Source: Paraspadella gotoi (lineage: Eukaryota > Animalia > Chaetognatha). From it: a stretch of DNA of 64,000 nt. The translations under genes and the position numbers were made by a program. The first letter of the stretch is position 1. Each line of letters begins with the position of its first letter. Location: NCBI GenBank assembly GCA_051294375.1, contig CM119266.1, forward strand, positions 21,705,875 to 21,769,874, read 5' to 3'. The notes beneath the pieces were generated by a model, which made no database searches, had not been told where the DNA came from, and was given only the letters and a program-made list of their open reading frames with translations. Positions 13,701-25,201 of the stretch are shown piece after piece.

Positions 13701-15676
13701 CATCGAGTTATGATAGCGGATGACAGAGTTCCCATTGGGATCGTAGGCGTCTTTGATGCAACGCACAAGAGCAGCGCAGGATGAAGGATCTCCGCGGCAA
13801 ACTTCCTCCGTCAACTCGTTCTCGCTCTGAATTAAGAAGTCGTTCCGCATTTCATCATTTAAATTGCAAAGAGAATCCGATTGGTTTCTTCTGAAGGTAA
13901 CATCTACCTGCGGCAGCGCGAGGCCCTTCCCCCGAAGAAACTCGATGGCGTTAATGATGTTTTCATGTTTCTGTTGCGGCGACATGACGCGCGATTCCAC
14001 GAGATTAGGGATACACTCCCCAGCGAGAATCTCGATCAAAGTTGGCAGCGTCGAGCCGTCCGAAACCGATTTAGATACCTCCGTTGCCTTTTAGAGAAAT
14101 TAAAAAGAAAATTAATGTTAGCAGGTGTACTAAAGTTGGAGACTAAGTAGTAAAAATAACTAAAAAAATTATACCTGATAAGGAATTCCCTGAGATCTGA
14201 AAATCCCATTCATCCAGGACAGAAGCCCATGAACATTCGATACAGGATTCAACCTTGTTCCCAGTGTCCCTGATTCAGCTCGATTCCGATGAGCAATGAG
14301 ATCGGCGGCGAAGTGACGAGGATGTGTCGGCGCCGAAACTGGACGCAATTCCTTGTCGTAGCGAGATGCGTACGAGTCCTACAAAGAAACGTTTTGATAA
14401 TTCGTAATCAAGATAGTATAGTGGACTAAAATCCACTAACCGTTCATCAGTGGCCATTGGTGCGGAGGCAAGTCATTCGCCTCCCAACCCAAAGGTCCGG
14501 GGTTCTAGCCCGGTGGTCGTCTGGCAGTTAAGAGGGACGGGGCGCTTAACCCGCCTGTAACATGGTGTTACAGCCTGATCCGAAGCTCAGGGACTGCTTA
14601 TATTGAACGGTTCTGTCATTAACACTTATCAATAATTACTGTCTCTTCATTGGTGAGCCCGACTTCCGAACACAACAGCAACAACAACACTTTCAGGCGA
14701 CATGCCTCAACCTGGCGATGCACTTTCCGCCCACAACACATTAGGCGACATGCCTCAACTTGGTGACGAACATTCCACCAACAACAATTCACTGAAGAGA
14801 CACAACAGACATCTTCCTATGGGAGGGGGGGATGTATAGTGGACTAAAATCCACTAACCGTTCATCAGTGGCCATTGGTGCCGGAGGCAAGTCATTCGCC
14901 TCCCAACCCAAAGGTCCGGGGTTCTAGCCCGGTGGTCGTCTGGCAGTTAAGAGGGACGGGGCGCTTAACCCGCCTGTAACATGGTGTTACAGCCTGATCC
15001 GAAGCTCAGGGACTGCTTATATTGAACGGTTTCTGTCATTAACACTTATCAATAATTACTGTCTCTTCAATAGAAAATAAGTACATTGTATATCACTCGA
15101 AGATTAAACCTGAGTTTTATCGTGGGTGAGATCAAAAGGGTTTAGAGAAGATGAGGACCATTCGCCACCGAATTGAACCGACGTAGGGGTATCCTTTGAG
15201 TACATAACCTGAAACCAAAGGCAGCACCGATGAAAACTAGAATAAACAAAACGATCGTACAAAATACATTGATTCAGCATTTATTGTAAAATGAGCGGAA
15301 TTTTGCCAAGATTAACTAACAATACTAAAGAAATCGCTTACATGAAAATGCTAAAATTCATACAGCGACTTAACTGCTCTGTTACCCCAGCTTTAAGTAC
15401 CTTAGCGATTCCCTGAGAAGCCCCCGAGGCCGCTCCTTTGAAAAACGTATGGACTTTTCTCGAGACTGAATGGTTACTTTCAGGCGTCTGTCCTTCATTT
15501 GTCCATGAAGCTTGGCGCGGGGGAGGGGGCCCGTCTTCGATTCTTTCAAAGGGTTTCTCCATTGTATTTGTAGATCCTAGAAATTAAATCAAAGAAATTA
15601 AATGAATAAAAGATGAAAGGAAAACAAAACAAAAATACTGACCTGAGCCTGAGGAATATTTGGGCCTCATATTCAT
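10734..15676 (-). CDS. Uncharacterised protein: N-terminal calponin-homology-like domain, low-complexity middle, coiled coil, C-terminal SAM domain
   Basis: CH-like WMNGIF..SDGSTLPTLIEILAGECIP..QKHENIINAIEFLR; coiled coil RLARLEGHVVTLARSVAHLSSELRSQ; SAM KFFGEEPPLLGLFLQKLGYERYLRQFEEEKIGMVELPYISEERLQRLGIPMGPRMRIL; GT-AG exon chain from ATG 15676. Exact 3' end uncertain. Confidence 0.75.
14450..14521 (+). promoter_or_regulatory. tRNA-derived Pol III internal promoter in the 5' LTR (second copy about 14868-14940)
   Basis: A-box-like TGGTGCGGAGG, B-box-like GGTTCTAGCCC within a CCGGG/CCCGG T-arm hairpin, wobble-rich acceptor stem GTGGCCA/TGGTCGT, Gly-like TCGCCTCCCA segment. The anticodon stem does not pair, so it is not a functional tRNA. 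Confidence 0.75.
14524..14597 (+). ncRNA. Candidate twister ribozyme, type-P5 permutation (5' LTR copy)
   Basis: P5 GCAGTT/GACTGC; AA; P2' GAGG; GA; T1' CGGG; P1 reduced to GCGC; T; T|AA; P2 CCC; GC; P3 CTGTAACA/TGTTACAG; P4 CCTGA/TCAGG closing the loop TCCG-AA-GC. Predicted cleavage 14547|14548. Confidence 0.72.
14943..15016 (+). ncRNA. Candidate twister ribozyme, type-P5 permutation (3' LTR copy)
   Basis: Identical to 14524-14597; predicted cleavage 14966|14967. Confidence 0.72.
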
Positions 15677-17699
15677 GATCACTTAATATTCACTCTAATA
15701 GTCAAGATTTCGCATTGCATCGCATTGCATTTTGCCCACACCGTAAGCGCGATAATACGAGTCAAAAAACGTAGACGAATACCAGAAGTTATTGCATTTC
15801 TTTATTATAAATTTTATAAAACATACATAAAATAAAGGTTTACTAAGATTTGTGCTGCAGATTTCGGGCGGTTAAGATGCTAACAGGAGCTGCAGTGACG
15901 CCGGTCAGCTGCGGTCTGCAGCTGCCTTTGCCGCAGCCATTTCCTTTTTTCCCTTCCTCGTCCCTCCTCTTCCTCTCATCTATTCGATGATGTTTTTCTG
16001 ATGGAAAAACAAATGAACACAGAGGAAAATGGACATTTGCGCAAATTGCATTGTGCTTTTTGCTTATGATATGGTTCTGGAAAGCGTCCCGAATTTAAGT
16101 GTACAGATATGCAGAGGTTATTAATGATGTTTATGAAAGATTGAAGAGTCTGGTTTTAATGGGCGCCAAACCTGCAGCGGTGTCACCATGTCTAATGTTT
16201 ATGTAGTACAGAGCTTTGAATATGGCGGCAAACCGGTGCCTACCGGTGGGTTACTCGTTCCGTCCCACTTTCTACACTGAGCAACTGAGGCGCAGCGGCG
16301 GAATTCGACAGAAAATAATATAGTAGATAAATAATGCATTGTTTATCATTTGAAAAAAACATTTGACGCCTATAGTTTATTAGTTGAGTGTTATGAACTC
16401 GGAGATTAGACTGTAGCTATAATGTCTTAATAGTTAATACTTAATAATAATCATAAAGATAATAAATAATGACAAGAAAGATTTCACAATGTTCTTGACT
16501 ATTTTGTGACTCAAATATGAATACTCATTGAATTCTGAATAGTGTATAAAGATTTTTGACATTTCTATCTTTTAACCATAATAAGAACGAACATCAGTCT
16601 CGTAATATAATGATCAATATATGTTTAATTCAGCAAAATTGAATTATTTTATTAGTTGCACTATAGAATCGGAGTTAAGAGTACTCGAACATGGAACAAG
16701 TTAGTTCGAAGATCTTTAATATATCGAAAATCTGAATCAAAACACAACTATATTAGACCCTTGACAAAGATAAACAAAATCATATATGAGTTATCTGATT
16801 CTTTATAGCTGGTGGCTAGAGAATAGGTGAATGATTGTAATACTAATAGAAAAAACATATGGCAGATACTAACTGTTCTATGTTCAATCGAATGATTTTA
16901 AAAAATAAGCTAGTACCTAAAAAACTTCTTGGTTAACTGATTAATCCGCTAAAGTAAAGATTGATTTGTTACCGATGTAAAATTTCATGTAAAATTTTAG
17001 CTTCGTTGTTCTTTTGTGCGTATCATTTCGTGCCTCATAGCGATCCTTTAATCCAGTTATCATAGCAACGACTGTTGCTTTTAGTTTCAAATTCATAGAG
17101 ATGATATCGATTTGCGGAATAATACTTAATATATTTCGTGTTATCAAGTTATTTTTAAATGGATTATTTTTCAAAAACTTTTTTATTTCGCTTGCTACTT
17201 TTTTAAATTTGTTTTTCTTTATTTCCCTCAAAAAGAATTCTTTTTTACGTCTTTCAAAAAGTTTATTTTATAAGTTTTTGCTCATATATGCATTTTAAGT
17301 TTCTTAGTTCTTGCTCTGTTTCATAATAACTTAAAGAAGAGCAGAGCTCGCAATTTCTCCCACAAACCTGCCTTTTCTTGAAGTTCAAAGAAATTTCATG
17401 ACATGAATTTAGACCGCTGAATCTTTTTTTCGTTTTACTCCAACACGAAATATCTTTTTCTTATTGATTTTTTTTTCTAGAAATCCGACCTTCATATAAC
17501 TTTGTTTTGTTATTTTTATTTATTTAAGAAAATGTAAAGCCTCGAATACATAGGAATATGAGATTAAAAGACAGTCTACGGCCCTTTTTTAAATCCGGAT
17601 AATGATAAAGATTTTATAAAATTAATAAGAAAATTTGTTAAAAAATAAAAATAAAAACAACGGGTGAACCCGAAGTGAACCCCACCCCGTAAAAAAGCA

Positions 17700-20400
17700 A
17701 TGGCGCTCCTGAAGGCGATCCTCGAAAAGGCAAGGGAAGAGGAAGAAGCCAGGCTCAATTTCGAACCCGAAGAAGAAAGCGAGGAGAAAAAGTTGGGCTT
17801 GATTCCTATCCCGAGAGGACCCATCACTCAGAAGAAGGGTAATAATGACACGGCTCTAAAGTGGACACATTAGAGCTCGATTCGTCAAACTGAGCCGTAA
17901 CAATTTTTTGTCAGGTGATTTGGATTTGAAATGCGTTCACGGAAAAGTAGTCACAAATGATGCCGTGCGTAATATTGAGCTCGAGGAGAAAGAGACGTCG
18001 TCTTTTTCGTCGTCGTCGTCGCCATCGCCGACGAAGTTGTCGTCGGGTTCACCACCTTCCACAAGACCCTCATCCGGCTTGGGGGGTTTTCAATCCGTAC
18101 AGCCTCCCGATATTCGCGTCCGATATCCACAGTACTCAGGTTTGTAAAATATTCAATTTCAATAAGTTATTTTACTTCCACGTATAAATTTTTTAACTTC
18201 ATTATCATCATCCGGTTTTTTTAAATTTATGCTCAAAGGTATTGAAACGAAAACCTACATGACCATCTGTTGAGCGTTTTTAAGTGTTTCACTTTTTTCG
18301 CTTAGCACGCTATGTCGTTAAGTAATTTTTCACAATTATAACTTTAAAAAATGACGAGGCTTGGAATACATTTGTAGAAAATTCAAGTAGAAAATTCTGT
18401 GTACACTTTTAGTACCAATAGTACTTAATTTAATTCTGGTTCACGCGATAAAAAAAAACTAATATTTATATCATCTTTGAGAGTGTAAAGGATTTGATAA
18501 ACGGGAAATCTCACTCAGACGACGTCGGCGTCGAAGATGAGAAGGAAAACGTCTACGAGGAAGATTTTGACGTAGATGAAGAGACGACGGAAATATCCGT
18601 GTCCAGATACAACATTGCTGATGCACTCAATCAGAAAGGAACGCACGGTGAATAAGACTATTTGAAACGGAGCATAACAACTACTTGAGTATGATGAGTT
18701 TTTTCGATTTTCGGCAATATTTTCTTTACAACAGGAGACCTGCCCATACGCAGACCGAGCTCTCGACCCGTTTCGGCCGCCAGCGCCTCCTCGCGCTCGT
18801 CTGCTTCATTACTACAGGTTTGTGTGGGGAAAATGCAAAAAATATTTAAGAGAGAGAATACTACTAGCGAGATCAAAAAGAGTAACGAATCTTCTGAAAA
18901 AAAAAAATCGACTAGAAACTTCCTTTTAAAACCTCTCTGAAAACATGAGATCGCTTTTGACCCGAGTTTTCATAAATCGATTCTTTCATTCCCGTGTTTT
19001 ACGCGTCTCCATCAAAAAAGTTTTCTTTTTCAATTCCGACGTTCATTTTTTCTTTCAACTCGTGCTTCCCCCATTGATAAATAAGAACAAAATGAGCCAT
19101 ATTCATTTGGATTATAATTGATATTGTAATATTTGTCTAATTAATTCTTAGAAACGAGCCAGAAAGGTGACGCCGGGTCTGAGGTCGGCGCCTCCAATGA
19201 GCAACGACTTTCACAAATACAAGCACGTTTTTATGCTGGATCCAAGATACAGGCAAGTCAACACAAGAAAAAAAAAATCTTAGAATATCAATAGCTCAAT
19301 TATTAATATTAATGATAGAGTTTCAGAGTCATGATACTGGTAGGATTTGTGTCTAGTAATAGTTTATTATTGATTCGGTCTTGCATACCAATCTAGTATG
19401 CAAGACCGAATCAATAATAAACTATTACTAAATATTAATGATGTTATTTTAAAACTTGGTTCACAGGGACTACTTCATGAGCACGGAACAACGACTTCAG
19501 ATCAAGTACCAGGAATTAAATCATTTACTCAACCGCGATCTCAATCTTCCCGAGGAAAAATATTCGAGCTACGCGTATCAAATTGGGCCAAGGGTGAGAA
19601 TAACACAACGCAATTTGAGCTAATATACCTACTACCTAGTCTCACCCAATATTACCGAATATTTTCGTCCTAACGTATTATTGTTAATGAGGCTTCAACG
19701 ACGCCTGCAACGACACGAGCCGGATCGCTTTCGCCGCGCCAAAGGCCGACGCCCCGCAACATTTCCATCTACTACCTAAGGAAAAAGAAAAAAGAAACAG
19801 AAACGCAACGCCCCACCTCGGCCCCTCCAGGTCTGTCGGGCGAAAATGGGTTTCTAATTACAAGAAACGTTAAAATACTTTTAAGGAACAGAACTAGTCT
19901 ATCAGCCTCTTAGATTTTACGTATGAGTTCTCATTCCGACATAAATCATGTATGATGTCTATTAGAAAACAGGGGCAAAAATTATTTTAACCTCTATTTC
20001 CAGAAGACAACACTAACAGAAAATAGAAAATAGAATAAATTAATAATAAAAAAGTAAAAGATAAAATATTAATATTATAAAATCTGCAAAGATAAAATGG
20101 TGAAACAATTATTTTTGCAATTTTTATATCTGCTTTTAATAATCTTTGTACTACTTATTATTTTAAAATCAAATGGAATGAGTTTTCAATTTCTTCATTT
20201 TTCTCCTTCAATTTTATTCAGGAGGTCTACCCAAAATCCAACTGACGAACTTCGAACGTCGGGCGTCGCCTTCGATACTCAAAGGAAAACATCAGAGGAA
20301 GCAAGAGGGCTACGAGAGCGACGCCAGCTCGGATCACGGCTCCGCCAAAAAAGTACGATCCAACTGTCATTGTGTGAAATCTTTCTTTCGTTGCATTTAG
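17700..20400 (+). CDS. Uncharacterised multi-exon, largely disordered S/P/E-rich protein
   Basis: ATG 17700 MALLKAILEKAREEEEARLNF, then GT-AG exons (ENVYEEDFDVDEE; RRPSSRPVSAASASSRSS; DYFMSTEQRLQIKYQELNHLLNRD) and last exon ..KKVRSNCHCVKSFFRCI* ending at 20400. No family recognised. Confidence 0.6.
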
Positions 20401-20629
20401 GAAATTTGTTTGAGAGAAAAAAAAAATTATTTTGTTTACAAACAACGATTTTATTATAAATGGTTATAAATGTTTATATTTATCAAATTACATGGTCAAA
20501 TGTATTCACTTTAACCCAAATATCTGATTAAATTTCATTTCTCTTTCACTCTCCTTCGCTTTATTGTCTTCAGTCTTAATCTGTCATAAAACTAGCACTG
20601 TCCTTTTTTAAATTCTTTGTTGGAAACCT

Positions 20630-21044
<415 letters not shown>

Positions 21045-21218
21045 GTAAACGATACCTCTTTATTCGAGGTGACTTTCGTGGAGCCCGAATGGAGGAAGGA
21101 AAAGGAGGCGAGAAAGAAAAGCGTCGACGGTGGTAAGTTACACTTTGGGCAACACTTACACTAACAGCCTCACACTTACTCTAAATCACCAATTTATAAC
21201 TTAAAAAAAAAAATTAAA

Positions 21219-24200
21219 ATGCCTTTCTTGAGCAAAGGTATTTTTCGTTGTCGTGTCATTTAATCCTCGGTACCTCCGACCCCTCTTCAGACGGGAGGAG
21301 ATCGACCCCGCCGCGAATATTGGAAGAGGACGACGACAGGGACGTCAGAGTCGGCGATCAGGAGGTAATAAGGACCCGAGGGAGACCGAGGAGTGGGTTT
21401 CGAAGGTCGCGGTTCGCGAACCCTGACGGAATTCTATTCGCCAAATAAAGAAAAACGTCAAAGGATTCCTCTTTTTTTTTTCTTCTTCTTCTTCTTCTTC
21501 ATCAGGAGGACGACTTCGTCAGCGAAATTCGGAAACTCCATTTTAGAGACTCGGACGAGGAGGAGGAGGAAGAGGAGGAGGAAAACAAGAGAGAGAGCGG
21601 AAGAAAAAGCGCTTTGGGTGTGGAAGTTAAAATTGGAAAAGATTCTTAAATTAATATAAATTATAATAATAGATATTTTTAAATCCTTCTAACGGTCCTG
21701 AGAATCAACACAATTAGTTTTTTTTTTTTTCTTTTTGACCACAATTTCTCCACGTTACCCATGTCTCATTAGCGTGTTTAGTACTACTAGAACTAAATGT
21801 GCTTTTCTCGTGCGATTAACCCTTGATCGATCGTAAGATATCATGATTAAACAAAAATTTTTGTCGTCTTTTTTTTTAAAGGATTCGTCGTTCCCCCGGA
21901 GGATGACAGGGAGAGCACCTCGGAAGGGGAGAAGGGTGAGGACGAAGACGAGGAAGAAGAGGAGAGCGGGAGGAGGGAAAGGGAGGAGAGACGAAAACGA
22001 AGAGCGAAAACCGCCAAGGGATATCGACAAAAGTCGGCCAGAGTCCGAAGCGAGGTTTGGAATTTAGTTTTTTTTTTCATGATCAGTCGGTTTCAATCAT
22101 TGACCTGTTGACATGTGCAAACTTTAAACAGAAAAAAAAAACCCCACTTTATGACGATATGACATATTTTTGTCATTTTAGTGGAAAGACGTCATCACTC
22201 ATCAGAATCGTTGGCCTTGATGGCTGGAATTGCGTTTTATATTTTCCAGGAGGAATCGGACGAGCCTGAATCTGGCGACAGCGGGATTTTGACGGACAAC
22301 GAGCGAGATCGAGAGTCGGACGAACGCCCGGGGAAAAAACACAAACAAGATCGCAGGGGTAAATAAGAGTCGGTTGGTCAGAACTATGGCTCGGCGAGGT
22401 TGTAGGGAGTCGGGGCCCATATGGTCCCATGTAGATAACTGACAAATTCGAACGTATTGCTATGAATTTTTTTTTTTGTGGGACAAAATTTGCATTGTGA
22501 GATGAGAAAAAAGTAAAAAAATGTCCCTGTGTGACTTTAAGAGACTTCTACATTACTAGGTTTCGTCGACCATCATCTAAAGTTTTCGCAGAATGAACGC
22601 TTAATTAATTGGTTAAGAAAAAAGAACAATGATCTTATGAAAGTAAGTTTGAATTTAGAATTGATTGGTTTTTTTTGTGTTTTTTTTGTTTTTGTTTTTT
22701 CCTGACGTGAGTAAATCTGTAAATAATTCTTAGCATGGTTAATATGGTTGTACCCTAAGAAGGTCTATGTTTCATCTGTTCGAATGCAATCTTATTGTTT
22801 TTAGGTGAAATCAAAAATACGAAAAGAAGAAAGAGACTATAAAAGGAGGGAGAAACAGAGACAGGTTTGTAAAGTATTTGGCCCTTTTTCCAATAGTATT
22901 CACAAATTTTTATTCGTGTAAAACTATCTTTTATAACTTTCAGGTGGAGGCTGAAGAAAAAAGGAAGCAATCTGAGGCTGCCGTCCAAGCTTGGTTCCTA
23001 AAGAAAAAAGAGGAGGAAAGGAGTTTACAAAGAAAATACCTGGAGATGCTCCAGATGACATCGGGTATTTCAAAGTCGTAGTACATGTATTTTTTATAAT
23101 ATGATTTTTATCATCGTGCTTCCATAAGGGTCTCGTGTCTCTCAAAAGATGAACTTGACCTTATACAACTTAATTTTTTACAGTGTAATATTTATGTTGT
23201 TTCATTAAATCTTAGAAAATGTAACCAGTATTTTGAAAATCGTAAATTTTTATTCATTTTATCAGGGAACGGTTGGGAGGCCATGTCAGAATCTCAGAAA
23301 CGGTTGTTGCGTCAAATGGTGATCAACGCAGAAGGTACACATTGTAACTTCTTTAGAGAAGTAAATTCTCTGGGCTTTTTTAATTTTGTAATTGTAATTG
23401 TAATAATCTCTCCCCTCAGGACGCGTGGGCGAGAGTTTGGAAAATGAAATGCGACGATTTAAGGAGGAAGAAGATTCGAGAGTCGAGGAGATGAAGAGAG
23501 AAAAGACCGAGGGAAAGAGAGAGGTAATTAATTAATTAATTTACATTAACTTATAGTCGTTGCATTGGAGATGTTGTTAAAAAAGATTTAAAAAGATAAA
23601 ATTGTCACTTTTGTCGTAGAGAGAATGATGATACAATAGAATTCAGTATTGTCCTTTACAAAGTATCCTTTCCTCGACTATTTTTCATTTTTGAAATTCA
23701 TGGTATATTCCTTTCTTTCGTTGTTTTTGAGAGAATAACAAAGTTTTTGATTTAATTTGTACAACGATTTTATTTTTTTTTATCTTAGCAGACATGTTTC
23801 GGCTCACAGTAAAACTGTAAAAAAGCGCTGATGAAGGCTCGAATTTGTGAGCCGAAACATGTCTGCTAAGATAAAAAATAAAATCGTTGTACAAATTAAA
23901 TCAAAAACTTTGTTATTTTTGAAATTAAAATATAGTCAGTAAAAATTAAGATATAATTAACGATCCTTTTTCTCCTACAGAAGCTGGTGAAAGAAGAGAA
24001 GAAAGAGAAGACTGAGGAAGAGATTGAGAGAGAAATGGAGGAAGCGCTGCAGAAGTTGGGCGAATGGGAAGGCGCCGACACCGGACAGGTACTTTTTGGA
24101 CTAGACTCGTGTAAAAAAATATTATAACAAGAACGGTAATTCAAATGTATTGCGCCGCAGTGACTGCCTTATCACGTGTATTTATTGTGACATAACTATA

Positions 24201-25201
24201 TGATTATAATAATTACAATAACGTTCTTAACCCGTGTATCTATGACATGCACTGCATCGGAAAACCGTCTTTTATTCTTTATAGTTTTAGGATTTCCTGA
24301 AGGCCGCGCTCGCAGTCCCTGAGATTTGAGGTTTTTTCCTGTCTTAATAAATGAGCATTGAATAACCAACTATATGCAAGATATATATATGAGCATTTTT
24401 AACGTAATTGGGACAGACCGATAGACAGACAGACCGACCGAAGACCGACCGAAAAGTGACTTATAGAGTTTCGCGGCGCAACTAAAAATAACCTTTACTA
24501 ATACTTCTTGAAATTTTATCCCAGGTTTTCGCTCAAGAGGAGGAAGACGAGTCCGAGTCGAAAGAGAAAGAGAAAGAAGAAAAGGAGGAAGAGGAGGAGG
24601 AAGAGGAAAATCCGGAAAAGCTGAAGGAACGTCTCCGATTGGCGGAGGAGCGAGGAAGGAGGCAAAAGATTTTACACAGGTCAAGAGCTGAGGAATTCGA
24701 TCGGAAATGACGAAGTGGCGCGTTAAGGCGTTAAGCATGAAATATTCTTCTATTTAAATCCCCTTTTTTTATATATATCACAGGAACATGCATGGCTATA
24801 AACAAGATGAAATAAAGAAAGACCCATATTACCAAAAACTCCTTCAAGTAATCTAGTTTTTTTTAAATCTTATTTATGTGGTAACTGGTAAGGGAGAAAG
24901 ACTTGGCCTCTTTTGTCTGACAAAAACTTTTCTTTTCTCGTGATAGGATATAAAGAATAATAAAGTTACGAAAGACTATCCTCGATTGGGTTCCCTTCAT
25001 CCCCAACCGATCAGATCCACCCACTCTCCGGCAACGACAAGTAAGCTAGGATTCCCGCCAAATTATTTTGTTAATTAACCCAATCGTCTATTTATGAATC
25101 CAGTTCAATTGACATCGAAAAAGTCGTCGAGACGAGCAGGAACGTCCGTGACAAGCAGATCATCTCGATCACAATCAAGAGCTTCAACTGCTTTGAAATA
25201 A
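21219..25201 (+). CDS. Uncharacterised E/K/R-rich coiled-coil protein with W-x-x-KK motifs reminiscent of CCDC34/CCDC181/MAP9
   Basis: ATG 21219 MPFLSK; exons EDDFVSEIRKLHFRDSDEEEE, QNERLINWLRKKNNDLMK, VEAEEKRKQSEAAVQAWFLKKKEEER, KLVKEEKKEKTEEEIEREMEEALQKLGEW; last exon ..SRSSRSQSRASTALK*. The family assignment is tentative. Confidence 0.62.
23734..23917. mobile_element. Penelope-like pseudo-LTR remnant: ~73 bp inverted repeat overlapping a hammerhead ribozyme
   Basis: Arm 23734-23808 is the reverse complement of arm 23846-23917 apart from A/T-tract length; the hammerhead core lies between and overlaps the right arm, followed by AATAAA. Confidence 0.75.
23824..23867 (+). ncRNA. Minimal type I hammerhead ribozyme (Penelope-type)
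   Basis: Stem I AGCG/TGCT, CTGATGA (23828-23834), A, stem II GGCTC/GAGCC, GAAA (23854-23857), palindromic stem III ACATGT, cleavage triplet GTC (23861-23863). Confidence 0.85.
24126..24488 (+). mobile_element. Helentron-associated (HINE/DINE-1-like) non-autonomous element, intronic
   Basis: Begins AACAAG, has subterminal inverted repeats TTGCGCCGC/GCGGCGCAA and an internal (GACA/GACC)n microsatellite, ends in TAAAAA; related inverted copies at 45801-46148 and 57030-57379. Confidence 0.65.

Larger units (their letters stand above)
14417..15069 (+). mobile_element. Non-autonomous LTR retrotransposon (TRIM) with tRNA-like and twister-like modules in each LTR; intronic and antisense to the CH/SAM gene
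   Basis: LTRs 14417-14649 and 14833-15069 (TG...CA; the 5' copy lacks the first TG) differ only by 4 nt of indels. PBS TGGTGAGCCCGAC at 14651-14663, PPT GGGAGGGGGGGA at 14821-14832, TSD ATAG at 14413-14416 and 15070-15073. Confidence 0.93.

Noticed and set aside
14420-14455. CTGATGA on the minus strand of each LTR as a hammerhead core
   Set aside because: No stem II followed by GAAA; the + strand twister fold explains the LTR far better.
14450-14521. Functional tRNA-Gly gene
   Set aside because: Anticodon stem is unpaired, there is no terminator, and it is duplicated as part of the LTRs.
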